Assembly: GCF_009914755.1 (NCBI RefSeq)
Contig: NC_060936.1
Strand: one strand, 5' to 3'
Source of the DNA: the human T2T-CHM13v2.0 reference genome, Homo sapiens
Length of the DNA: 64,000 nucleotides
Within the stretch, counting starts at the first letter, position 1. Every line of letters begins with the position of its first letter. Under the pieces are notes generated by a model. It ran no database searches. It was given only the letters and a program-made list of their open reading frames with translations, and was not told the origin of the DNA. Positions 1 through 13,720 of this stretch are shown in pieces. The translations under genes and the position numbers were made by a program.

Positions 1-551
1 GCTGAAACCACCTTTGTAAAACTGATGAAAGACCGCAAGATTAGAACTATGGGAGTGGCCTAAATTCTGCTAAAATATAGTTTCTATAATCCCTTACTAC
101 TCAGGAGTCATGTGGCCAGAGGTCACAAGATTTGTGACTTCCCCTATTGCTCCTATAGATAACATTATGATTGTAGAACTTAAGATTGATCTTTTGAGAT
201 GTTTTTCAGACTTTTGCATTTTGGCCACTGACCGACGCTACTGACTCATGACTCAGCCGGTCCCATGGCCCCCACCCAGAGGCAGACTCAGTGCATGAGG
301 ACCATCTTCCACAACCCTATGATTGTATCCTCAGTCAGTCAGCAACACGTATTCCCTAGTCCCCTACCCACCAAGGTATCCTTAAGAAACCCTAACCTCC
401 AAGCCTTCAGGAAGACTGATTTGAGTAATAACTCCATCTTCCATGTGGCCAGCCTAGTGTTAATTAAACTCTTTCTTTACTGCAATACCACAATCTCAGT
501 AAATTGGATTTGTCTGTGCAGAGGGTAGACCAAATCCATCAGGTGATTGCA
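1..551 (+). mobile_element. LTR8-family (LTR8A/B-like) ERV1 LTR, 5' part missing or outside window
   Basis: Resembles recalled LTR8A consensus (GAGGTCACAAGATTTGTGACTTCCCC; GACTGATTTGAGTAATAACTCC; ATTAAACTCTTTCTTTACTGCAAT). Ends ...GATTGCA. 3' half is homologous to the LTR8 at 34609-35283. Confidence 0.8.
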
Positions 552-600
552 TTAAGAGTTGTTCTCTTCCTTGGCAAGGGAGAGGACACCTTTATAAACG

Positions 601-1595
<995 letters not shown>

Positions 1596-3132
1596 AATGG
1601 AAAGTCATGTCCTGCTTTTAGCCAGATAGGGGGAGGGCAGAGAGTTTTTGTTTGTTTGTTTGTTTGTTTTTTGTTTTCTGTCTGCTGTTTCTTGATTGTC
1701 TTCAGCTCAAAATAATTCTTATGCCAAAGTGGCATATTTTGGGGTGTCATATTCTGGTTCCCTTCACCACATTTTGTTTATCCATTCATCCATTGATGGA
1801 CACTTGGGTTGTTAGGCTTTTTAAAAGTACTCCCAAAATGTCTTATCAAGACATTAATTTGAAACAAGTGCAGTGCTCTCTCTAAAAGGAATTCTACTGA
1901 ATAAAATTTCTCCATTGTTACCAACAGCAGACTGTGTTTTGGCTGCCAGGTTAAAAAAGCAAGTTAAACCAGCATTAAGTAAATAATCGACCATTATTTC
2001 AGAAGGGTGTCTTCATCTATCTGAGAGTTCCAGAATCCCCATCTGCAAATGCTGGCTAAATAGTGATCTTCACTTGTCATTGCAACTCATTTGCAACTTG
2101 GTAGCTTGGAACCAGGAGAATTAGTGGAAGGTCCAGCAAAGAAGGAATTGATCTTGAAGGACAGTTTTCTTGCTGATATGACTTCATGGATCAATGAAGT
2201 TCATCAAATGAAATCTTTGTATACATATGCTAGAGTTAATGGAGTCCATAAACTTTTCATAAACATACTGAATATGCGGTGTTATGGAACTCCAGTGTTC
2301 CTGTGAGTTCCTTTGCTTCCTTTTCCCTTTACCTCATTTTCTTTAATCAGAAATACATGTGACTTCAGTCATATGTGAGGCTTCTGCTTGCCTTGTGTAA
2401 AGGAAATAAGTAAGGCCTATCCTACATAAGACAGCTCCTGTCCTAAATATTAATAAGAAGAGAAGGTGTAGTTCATTTGGAGTAGAAGGATGAAGAAGAA
2501 AGAGAGGGGATGTCTGAAGCCAGAGATCCATATGGAGCATATTATAGACTTAGGTAAGTGAACAGCCATATCTTAATATTTGAGTTGATGAATGGGGCCT
2601 AACCATTATCAGCCAGACTGTTGAAGGGGACTAGCAGAAGTTGGAAGCATAGATAGAAAGAGAAGACAGGACAAATAATCAGCTTTTTGCTTCTATGTCT
2701 TGAACTGAGCTAACTTGGACATAAATTTGCTCCTGAGTCTGAAAGGCCATGTAGAAAAGTTAATAATAAGTCTGCTGAAGCTAATGACTAATATTCTGAC
2801 TTCTGCTGCTTCCCTGGGTGAGTACGGGGTGGTGCAGTAAGGTGCAGCGTCATGTAGACTGTCACTGTGATGGGAAACAGAGCAACATTAATATCTACTG
2901 GTATTTAAGAGCTTCTCCGAAAGACTTAGAACTTTTTTCAGTTGAAGCTATGAATACTTTCACCTCATAACAGGTGTCCTTAGCTGAAGTCCTGGACCTT
3001 AAGTAGTGAAAGACTTGAGTAGACTTTTAGTTCAGATGGGACCTCTTCAAAAGAGATCTTAGGACCAGGGCTGAGCAAAGGTTGAGGCTGTGCAGAAACA
3101 TCCCCAGGCAAATTGTCAAGTAAATGGGTTTC

Positions 3133-3431
3133 TTTTTTATTTTTATTTTTTTGAGACAAGGTTTCTGTCACCCAGGCTGGAGTGCAGTGGCATGATCATG
3201 GCTCAATGTAGCTTTGACCTCCGTGGGCTCAGGTGATCCTTCCGCCTCAGCCTTCCTGAATAGCTGGGTCTACAGGCACTCACCACCATGCCCAGCTAAT
3301 TTTTGTATTTTTTGTAAAGATGGAGTTTTGCCTTATTGCCCAGGCTGGTCTTGAACTTCTGGGCTCAAGCAATCTGCCCATCTTAGTTTCCCAAAATGCT
3401 GGGATTACAGGTGTGAGCTCTGTGCCCAGCC
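3133..3431 (-). mobile_element. AluJ
   Basis: Dimeric Alu with J-type CTGGGCTCAAG. GGTTTCTTTT on both flanks. Confidence 0.9.
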
Positions 3432-3959
3432 CTAGGTTTCTTTTCTAATTCCTCTGACCTCCTCAGAGAAGGTTTGGAAACCTGGGTTATGGGGGTGGGG
3501 AGAATGAGCTACCCTCCTCAAATTCACAAATATTTCCTTAAACACAGATAATACAAATTTTTCATAATGCCATCAGAAATATAATTAGTATACTTGTCAA
3601 AGTGCTACAAGAATGTTGTACAAGTGTAATATGTCAAACATTTAAACCCAAACTCTTCTCCCCACATTGGGAACCCAGATTCAGACTTTAGGTCAATGCT
3701 TAGCTTAACATTTAATGTCTTATCATGGGCCTCTTATTTAGTATGCCCTAAAAAGCACATCAAAAAGAGAACAAATGTTTATGAAGGCAGGTGGAGCTCT
3801 TTTCTTTTAATGGATCATAAAGCAATGAGCTTCCCTGGGTTTCATTGGCGTTAGCTAATGTGACAGGGTGTAGATTAATAATTTAAAATAGAAATATACT
3901 TGGAACTAGTTCACTGTTGGATCAGAGTCATCAATGAAATAAGGAAAGGTGATTTTCTC

Positions 3960-4490
3960 CTTTACCCTCCCAGGAAGGCAGGCAGACTGGCTTTTATGTT
4001 CTGGAGTTCTGGACTCTCTCACCTCTTGCCCCACTCCAGATCACTGGGTGGCTGAGGCTATAGCCCCTTGAAGACTGGAGGTTTATCTTCTAGAGAGGGC
4101 AAAATAGAGTCTCTGGAGTGAGAGATACCAGACATAGGTGAAGGAATGGTACCCTCTGTGGAAAGCATAGGTGTAGCGGCTGCTTGCATTTTAATGCCCA
4201 TGATGCAGGTACTCCAGACCTGTCTCCCACTCAGCTCCCAGAATCTGACAGTTTCCCAGACCTTACCCTCCAGGCAAGAGGCTGGAAGACTCTTCTCTGG
4301 GAAATTTCCAACCAGCCCAAAGGGAAATACTTTTAAATACTGACATGGAGGTTAAGGGTGGGGATGAGGGGAGTCAAAAAATAGTCTACCCAAAGCACCT
4401 TGGACCTAGAGTAAAGGTCAAAATTAATAAGCCTCAGCTTTGAACTTCCAATCAGTCTTTACTCCCCCATCCTCAATCTGGAGCTTTAGT
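3960..4490 (+). mobile_element. Ancient HAL1/L1M 5'-region fragment
   Basis: GGAAGACTCTTCTCTGGGAAATTTCCAACCAGCCCAAAGGGAAA...ATACTGACAT resembles recalled HAL1/L1M sequence; highly diverged. Confidence 0.45.
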
Positions 4491-5519
4491 AAGGAAAATA
4501 GGCAAAATTACTATACTCCATCAGCTTATATTCTAATGGCCGTGGGAATGGGTTGGGGGCAGAAAATAACGAAATAAAATATATAGTATATTAGAGAGTG
4601 ATAAATGCTTTTGGACAAAAATTGGGTGGTGGTAGTTATGAAATGCCATCTTTGGAGGGCATTGCATTAGTGGATTAAGTTTGGGTCAGGGAGAGAGATA
4701 ACATGATCTATTCAACCTGCCCTCTTCACCTGGAAGCTTCGCATCTGAACTACTTTCAAGTTCCTGAAATAAACCTGCCTGTTTTGGCCTTGAGGCCTCT
4801 GCTGTATTCGGTTCCCTTGATCTAGAAAACTAGACTCTTCTGCTCCACCTTGCGTGCCAGCTTCTGCGGAAGAATGAGATTTGGGGTTGTGCTTGAAATT
4901 AATTGGCTTAGCCTTACCTATTTATTTTTATTTGCATAAACTATACAAGGAAAAAGCTTCAAATACTTTCCTTATGTCAAGAAAACCCACAGGCCTTTAT
5001 ACTGGTTGAGTTCATTATAACAACACCAGTGAGGCCTTGCTGGTTAATTATCATGGGGTTGGTGAGCAAGTTTAACCTCGTGTGACAAACACAGTTTGCA
5101 ACCTCAAGTGAACAAACACGATTCTCTACAACAACATTCGACAGTGTAGACTGCAGTTCTGCGGTACGAACATTTGCAGTCTCCAGATTATAAATCAACA
5201 GCCCTTCAAACTGGAAAAACATACCTCTGAATATTACAGGGACACTCTTTGCCCTTCTTAGTAAATAGAGGGAAATCTAAGTTTATGATTACAAGATACA
5301 GAATGATTATAGATTTAATGTAAATTTAATGGTAACAAGCATGTAAACATTCTCTAAACTTCTGTATTTTTTAAATCGGGGGTAATGACTAATCTAGTGA
5401 AGTTAAAAGTACTTTTTTCACAACTCAAAGTTTCTTATTAAGCACCACTAAAAGCCTATGGCCTCAACTAAAATTTAAAATGCGGATGTGTGCAAAAATT
5501 TGAAATTTAATTTAATTTT

Positions 5520-5870
5520 ACCCTCTATATCTCAATTTAATCATTATTGCTCCAGGAAGTCTTCTCTGATCTTCCAAGAAGGGAACTGCAATCTGTTTTA
5601 ACCCATGACCCACTTATGACTTTGGAATTGCCTATTTCTTTTCTTTCTTTTTTTTTTTTTTGTACACACCAGTGTACAAAAACATCCACCTCCAGGATTC
5701 AAGCAATTCTCCTGCCTCAGTGTACACCTCAGGAGGCCAGACACTTCTAAGAGCAAGAAATAAGTTTGTCTTTTCCTCAGCTCAATCCCCAAGGCTCAGT
5801 ACAGTGGCCAGCCCTTGGTGAGCACAAAATAAATATTTGTTGAGTAAATGACTAAATATGCAAATGAACA
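5520..5870 (+). mobile_element. L2 3' end, interrupted by a rearranged Alu fragment (5635-5737)
   Basis: CTCCAGGAAGTCTTCTCTGA ... ATAAATATTTGTTGAGTAAATGA L2 terminus. Alu piece CCACCTCCAGGATTCAAGCAATTCTCCTGCCTCAG. Confidence 0.65.
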
Positions 5871-6014
5871 AAAAGTTAAGAATCATAATAGGGAATGAAA
5901 TAGTTTATAAAATTTTAAATCTCAGCAGTTGTTAGCTATTATTTATCAAAATGTTCACTTAAATTTAAAATAACATTAAAAATGCTAGATTAAAAACTTA
6001 AATATTGGACTCTG

Positions 6015-6260
6015 TTCAAATGTCACTTTCTCAATGATGCCTTCTTTGACCATCCTACATAAAATTGCACCTGAGTCATTGCCTTGCCATTATGCTTCTT
6101 CTTTTCCTGGTGCTTGCAGAACAACTTGACTCTGTATTTCATATATTTCTTCTGTCTTCCCAACTTTATGGAAGCTGTATGAGAGCTAGGATCCCAATTT
6201 ATTACCATTGCATCCTCAGGGCCTAGAACAGTGCCTAACACATGGTAGCAGCACATTTAA
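6015..6260 (+). mobile_element. L2 3' fragment
   Basis: TCAAATGTCACTTTCTCAATGATGCCTTC ... GCCTAGAACAGTGCCTAACACATGGTAG. Confidence 0.75.
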
Positions 6261-6401
6261 CTTTAAATTTACCTTATTAAAGGCTAATGTTAATGGAGAG
6301 TAATCGCTGGGGTGAGGATAGAATAATTTAAGACTTCTTAAAAATAAGAAGTGTACCGGCTATTATGTAAAGTCTAGTGCTTTAAAATGTTTAAAAAACA
6401 A

Positions 6402-6722
6402 TTATTATTATTATTGTTTAGAGACAGGGTCCTGCTGTATCACCCAGGCTGGAGTGCAGTGGTGCAGTCACGTCTCACTGCAGCTCGACCTCCTGGGCTC
6501 AAGCAATTCATTCACCTCAGCCTCCTGAGTAGCTAGGACTACAGGTGTGTGCCGCCATGCTAGACTAATTTTTACTTATTATATATTTTTATTTTTATTT
6601 TTTTTGTAGAGACAGAGTCTCACTATGCTGCCCAGAGTGATCTTGAGCTTCTCAAGTGGTCCTTTCTCCTGCCTTGGCCTCCCAAAGTGGCAGGATTACA
6701 GGCATAAGCCACCATGCCTGAA
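6402..6722 (-). mobile_element. AluJ
   Basis: Dimeric Alu with (ATT)n tail and J-type diagnostics. Confidence 0.9.
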
Positions 6723-6725
6723 TTC

Positions 6726-7271
<546 letters not shown>

Positions 7272-7671
7272 ATTTAAAGTGCTTTTACTTAATAAAATAC
7301 CCAACTTATGAAAACAAAATAATGACTGCCTTCCCTATGACACCATAAGTATGTCCTGAAAGTTTTGTGATAGTTCTATTGATGGCTGAAAATAGATCAA
7401 GAATTAGTTTCAGCTCATTCAGCTTCTTTTATTTTTTAAGGTCTTTTGGACCACAATGTAATCCAATTAAAAAATATTTTGTTCATTCATAAAGGAATTT
7501 TATCCTGTGTAAATAAAATTTCTTAATGGCCCAACATATTAGTTACAATTACTTTTATGGCATTTAGGAAAAAGAGGAAATTAAAAAGTCCTTATATTTG
7601 AAGTATCAGCATAAATGAAAATGTCTTTGGCAAGAAATGATTATAATAAATTTGTAGGGCATTACATTTCT

Positions 7672-7965
7672 GTTTTTTTTTTGAGATGGAGTCTCGCTCT
7701 GTCACCCAGGCTGAAGTGCAGTGGCACAATCTCCGCTCACTGCAAGCTCCGCCTCCTGGGTGCACGCCATTCTCCTGCCTCAGCCTCCCGAGTAGCTGAG
7801 ACTATAGGCGCCCGCCACCACGCCTGGCTAATTTTTTTTGTATTTTTAGTAGAGACTGGGTTTCACCATGTTAGCCAGGATGGTCTCAATCTCCTGACCT
7901 CGTGATCTGCCCGTCTCAGCCTCCCAAAGTGCTGGGATTACAGGCGTGAGCCACCGCGCCCAGCC
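7672..7965 (-). mobile_element. AluY
   Basis: Y diagnostics GCAAGCTCCGCC, CACGCCATTCTCC, TTAGCCAGGATGG, ACCTCGTGATC. TSD TACATTTCT at 7663-7671 and 7966-7974. Confidence 0.95.
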
Positions 7966-8469
7966 TACATTTCTTAGCAATCTTAAAACCTTTCATTATT
8001 TTATGATAAGGTAGCACTTTAGACGGGAGAAGGTTTTAGACCCTGAGTTTTGATATGAGATTATATTATACTACATTGTCTAGGAATGAAAAAAAATCAT
8101 ATCATAGTAGTCATCATCTATTGTATCACAGTAGTATGATAGTAGTTTGAGGTCTGTCTCATCAAAGCATGGATGAAAATGTTCTTCATTTGACCAGAAT
8201 GTCCATGTCCCTTAGAGCCAGCATTCTTATTCTCTGGACAGCCCTGGACTCACAGGTCAGACCTGCCTCAAAACAAACGATTCTGTCCCTCTGCCAGGAA
8301 AGCTACTGCCCAATCTCTCTACTTCCCACCATCATCATTTGAATATCCACTCAAAGGTCACTTTCTAGCAGACAGACCTCTGTTGCTTCCTCCCCGCAAG
8401 CCCAAGCTGAATCAACTCTCCTGTCATAGTAGTCATCATGGTAGTTAATGTTGATTATTACTGAAAAGG

Positions 8470-9015
8470 AAATGGTCCTTTTCAGGCAAAAGGCATGCAC
8501 AACAATACACAAAGGAGGAAATACAAATGACCAAATAACATATGGAAAAGTGTTTAATCTCACTGTAAATAAAAATATATACAAATTAAAACAACAGTGA
8601 ACAAAATTCTTAACTTATTAATGTATCAAATATTTTATAAAATTGTTTTTTATGTATTCATTTTTGTAAATGAGACGCCTAATATGAATGAGGAAACAAG
8701 GAAGTGGCTATTGATACATTGCAGGTAGGGATGAAAATTGCTACAAGCCTTTTAGAAAATAATTTTGCAATGTAACCTTAAAATGTTTATTATGGTAATT
8801 CTACTTTGTAAATCTATCCTAAAGGCATGACCTGAAATTTGGAAAATGTTTTTTTCATAAAGTTAGAAATCATAATATTGTTTAAAATAACAAAAATATT
8901 GGAAACAAGGTTTGCAAAATGATTTCCTAATCACATCTTAGAATATTATTCTGCCATTAAGATGAAGTTTATAAGAGTTTTTAATATTATGAGGCAATGT
9001 GTACTGTTACAGTGT
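8470..9015 (+). mobile_element. Old L1M(E) 3' fragment
   Basis: GAGGAAATACAAATGACCAAATAACATATGGAAAAGTGTTTAATCTCACT matches the L1 ORF2-end/3'UTR pattern; highly diverged. Confidence 0.7.
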
Positions 9016-9212
9016 TAACAGTATACATTGGTATCTTTACACTGTATACTGTTAACATTGTATTACAACATCCCATATTGCCAGATAATGTGCTAGAGAA
9101 TGTTCTCACTCAGTACTTCTATTCAAAACCATCTCATCTAGTTCTTTCAACTTATAGATGCACAAAATTTTGGAATGAATGAATTCCGAAAACAGTGAGA
9201 TTGTAACATTTC

Positions 9213-9310
9213 TTTTTCTTTTTTTCAGACAGAATCTCGCTCTGTCACCGGGCTAGAGTGCAGTGGCATGATCTTGGCTCACTGCAACCTCCACCTCCCG
9301 AGTTCAAGCT
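9213..9310 (-). mobile_element. 5'-truncated Alu (right-arm 3' part)
   Basis: T-rich tail, then CAGACAGAATCTCGCTCTGTCACC...CTCCCGAGTTCAAGC. Confidence 0.9.
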
Positions 9311-10232
9311 TTCTTTTCTTTCTCTCTGTCTTTTTTTTTTTTTTTTTTTTTTTTTACTGAATCTATATGCCTTGAAAATTATAACATTTCCTGATATAGA
9401 AGTCTAGAACAAGAGACATGAACTATGAAACTTATTCAGTTTCTACCCTTGGAAGTGTCATTATTTTAAGAGAGCATGAAATTGGCCTTATATTCACCAA
9501 CAACTCTTTTCTAGGATATTTTTGACTTGAGGCAAATATTTTGTGGAATGGTTGACAGACTGTTATTCTGGTCACTCAATTATGAAAGCAGACAAAAGTG
9601 AAATTCAGGGCGGCATCTAGAGGGGAGAAAATCAATGACTCAGGTAAGTTTACCAGCCACAGCTAAAGAGGGAGGTGCACACTGGAAATCTGCAAGCATC
9701 ATCTTCCCTCACCCATGTCTCTTCTTCCAAGACACATGTCCAACTCCAGACTTAATGTGTTTGTTTGTGACTTCTCCCCTTAAAGGTTGCTTGGGTTTAC
9801 TTGTACCGGTTTAAAAATGTCCTCATGAGTAACTGCCTTATGCAGCAGCCCCAGCATAAATAAATCTTGACTTCTACCGTTCTTGGCTAGAGACAACTCT
9901 AAGCCTGGATGGCCTACTCAACCCAGCAGGTTGGTAGCGTGACAGGAGGCACAGTGTTACAATAGCCACTAGAGCACCTCGACTCAAATACCCAAAGCAG
10001 CAGTTTAATGATGGTATTTTTTCCTTTAAAGGCAATGATAGCTAAGCAGCTGTTTTATTCTTAGAGAAGTTCTATGACAGGAATTGGAAGAAGTGTTTCC
10101 TATTTTGCAGCTAAAAATGTGATTATTTGGATTGAGGATTGCTTACTGCTGTAAATTTAATGTTAAAGAAATCAAGAATGTTTCATTTTATCGTATCTTC
10201 TGTCAAAGAAAATGACAGAAAATATAATAAAA

Positions 10233-10882
10233 CTGCAGTTCATGACCTTCGGTAAGCTATGAAATAATTTAGGAGGTCATGACTAGCAAACTTATTTATT
10301 ATACTCTAAGTACTATAACTTTATAATATCTTTGCTAAAAAATCATGTAATGGATATTAATTATGTATTAAGGACCAAATCTGCATTTTTCCTGAAAATA
10401 ATGAACAAAATCTATGTATTATGTAACAGTCTAAAATGTTTAAAATTCATATTTTAAGTACTAATGCATATTGATTACAGAGAGTAAAAAGAAGATTACA
10501 CTTGCCCATAAGCCCAGCAGCTACAGACAAATGGGCTATTGTTAATATATTGGTAATTTTCTGTCCATATGCTCTTTCTCTGCATATATAAAAATATATG
10601 ATATTTTTTCCTTTCAAAATAGGGTGATTCTAGTAAATTTTTCACCCATGCGTTGTCGACATCTTTCCATACCTATATAGTTCTACCACATTATTTTTAA
10701 TAATGGCATATATTCTGCATTATGAGTATATTATAATATATTTAACGAAACTGCTCAGTTTTGGATATTTATAAACCAATGTTTTTTAGTCTGCAGTTCA
10801 TGACCCTTAGTAGGCTATGAAATAATTTAGGAGGTCATGACTAGCAATCTTATTTATTATACCTTAAATACTATAGCTTTAT
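10233..10882 (+). repeat. 92-bp direct repeat (10233-10324 and 10791-10882)
   Basis: Ungapped manual alignment, 83/92 identical, offset 558 bp. Confidence 0.95.
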
Positions 10883-11330
10883 GGTGTGTTTCATTAAATA
10901 ATTAACCATATTCTTCTGATTTTTCTAAATGATATGGGTTATTTTTATAAGTTTAGTCTTTCAGATAATGTTTAAAATTATTTTGAATAGATCCAAGAAA
11001 TACGCTGTGGAAATTTTCACATTAAATTTATAAATTGACTTGGAAATTGATGCCTTTATAACAATGAATCTTTTCATCCAGAAATAAAGTATCTCACTTC
11101 ATTTGATTGTTTCCTTTTTTGTCTCTGAGTAAAATTGTAAAGGATTCTTTACATAGGCCTTTGTATTTGTTGTTAAGTTTATTCATGGGTATTTAATATT
11201 TAGTTTTGCTATTGCAAAACGATATTCATTTTTTTTTCCAACCGAACAGAGCCATATGTAGGAAAGATACCAATGTTTATACACTTATTTTGCAACTGAG
11301 CATACTGAATTCTAAAAATACTTTCCTACC
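10430..11330 (-). mobile_element. Old L1M(E) fragments
   Basis: Antisense 3'UTR-like sequence (10430-10790) and ORF2-like sequence (ATTAAATTTATAAATTGACTTGGAAATTGATGCCTTTATAACAATGAATCTT, ~10900-11330). Confidence 0.6.
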
Positions 11331-11714
11331 CAAGTCGTGTAGGTGAAATGAGAATGAGAGCCATGAGATATAACTGGAAAGTCTTGCTCCTATCCTTCTT
11401 CCTTCTTCAATTATACATTATTTGAGTTTCTTTTATTTCATTAAATATAAATGGCTGTCCTGTGAAAACAAAAATAACAGCATGACCTAAGGTCATCTGT
11501 ATGACCAAATCTCCTTGAAAAAGCAGAGTGAGTTTCCAAGTGAGCATGATTAAACAACGCATAACAGGACCCACCTGCGGTTGCTTTAGCTTTCACCCTT
11601 CTGCCAGCAGCTGCACATCCTGAAACCACATTCTCCCTAAACAGGAAGAATATAAAGGACCCCTTGGCTAGGTAAACCCTGTTGCTGCATTCTGACACTG
11701 GTTGCTACCTGTGT

Positions 11715-11945
11715 AGATGTCATACTGAGTGCTGTTATTACCCTCGTTTTACAGATGAGAAAACTAGGCCCAGAGAGGTTAAACACTTCATCCACTCAGT
11801 CACTTATTCATTTATTCTTTTAATAAATTTAAATTAAGTATTGAGCACCCACCATGAACTGAGCCCTCTTCTATGGCTGTGAATGAAAGTTGCTGCCCTC
11901 ATGAAAGTTACATTTTAATGGGGCAGACATGTATAAACAAAAAAG
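11715..11945 (-). mobile_element. MIR fragment followed by L2 3' end
   Basis: TTTTACAGATGAGAAAACTAGGCCCAGAGAGGTTAA (MIR core); CATTTATT...AAGTATTGAGCACCCACCATG (L2). Confidence 0.75.
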
Positions 11946-13534
11946 TACCCCCTCCTAGGTGGCACAGCTGAAATTGTAATTGAGCAATGGACCTCAGTCT
12001 GGTTGCAGAGCCCATGGGTTTGACCACGACTGCAAGGCCACATTGAGAGAGAAGAGAACACACCCTGGAGAAGGTGATCCGGCATCACCTGAAAAGCCTT
12101 CAAGATGGCATGACTGGGGTGAGATGACCACAGTCCAGGGTGTCATCCAGAACCACCTCATTCTACAAGTTCCACCCAGGGAGAGGATATCTCTCCCAGG
12201 GACAGCTGCCTTTACCACTCTTAGGAAACCATTTTATGTGTTCAACCTTCCTGACCCCTGTAGCCCACATACTTACTCTGTGTTCTTTCTTTCACATTCT
12301 TGCTAGTGCAAATGTCAATTCAATAAGCTATTAATGATTAATAAGAACTAACTTCTTTTAGCAGAGCTAAATGAGGCTGATGCCAGGGTTTTCACATACA
12401 TAGTACAACAGTGGGCAGAAATAGCTAAGTGGAGTTAGACAAAAACTTTTAATATCATTAAAAATTATCCATAGAAGTAGGGCAGTTGGTGACAGGGCTA
12501 TCATCTGATGCTATGTGGATTGACCTTTACTTAATAAAATTCCATTTGCCAGCCCCTGCTATTCCTTCCTTAATGAAACCAAGGCTCTTCTTGTCTTACA
12601 AACATAGATATTTGATAGATAAAGATCTTTTCTAAATATCCAGAGTTAATCTTCATTTACTAGTTTCGAGATTCATCTCGATTTTAACTTTTAAGAAAGT
12701 ATTTATATTGTTTAACCTCTTTGAAACATTTGGAATTAACTAGGCCTTTATCTTAGTACAGTGTTTATTTAAGAACTCTAGAAACTTTATAAAGGATTTA
12801 AATCACTTTTGCTAAACACTGTTGGTAGTTTCAATACAGGAAAAAAATATTTTCTCTGCTATTAATTCAGCTTGGTGTCAGATGTTGTCAGTCCCTTGGA
12901 AATCAGCTTCAACTGTTCAGCTTTAATTAACTTTTTTTTTTTAATTTGTGAAAGAGAGGAAAGAGGAGACCCCAAGGAAAAGACACCCAGACACCCTGAA
13001 GCCTTTCTAATAGCACCGCACAGAACTCTGGGTTTTCCCTCTGGGTCCTCTGTAATTAAGCGGTACAGCCAAATTTGGTGAGCACACTTGCTATGGAAAA
13101 CTTTACACGCCTTTTCTTTCTTTTTTTTTGGTAACATCATGTGAAATCCTTGCAAATACAAGGGCCTTTTATTTATTGACAAAGGGAACAGTGATTCTAG
13201 ACAAGCAGCTCTCTTGTCCTTCTCAAAAATAAGAAAGAGAATCTGTTGCATTTTCCAGTGCAGAGCACCCAGAGTGAAAACTGCATATTGTATGTTATTT
13301 CTCCTTGATTTTGTGAATGCTTTCTATCAAAGAGTGAAAATTATTTATGTAAACTCGCTCATGCCTTCTGCAAATGATTTGAAAAACAGAAATATTTTTA
13401 AGTGATTCAGGGTCAAACATTGCATTACTGACCAAATTGTACAAAGTATTAACTTACCTGTTTTGGAGAATTTGAGATGAAATCAAGAAATGGGTGGAAT
13501 GATATTTTTTTTCTTTCATACATTGCTGGATAGG

Positions 13535-13720
13535 CAATTATGTATTCATCTGGAAACATGAATGGAGTGCCCTCTGTGTGCTAGGCTGTGTGCTAGGCCC
13601 TGGGGATGCAAGCATAAATAAGATAGGGCCCTTGCTTGGCACAGCTCACTTTTGCAAAGGAGATAGGCAGGTAAACAAATAATCACAATGCTGGGAGCCC
13701 CAAACTCTAATCAAGAGCAC
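13535..13720 (-). mobile_element. L2 3' fragment
   Basis: GAGTGCCCTCTGTGTGCTAGGCTGTGTGCTAGGCCCTGGGGAT. Confidence 0.7.

Noticed and set aside
7615-7905. Alu-, THE1- and MST-derived ORFs (also 20939, 37380, 58091, 33063, 61954)
   Set aside because: Standard spurious translations of repeats.
10233-10882. CRISPR-like repeat-spacer or a TSD
   Set aside because: Only two 92-bp copies in primate DNA, which fits neither a CRISPR array nor TSD length.
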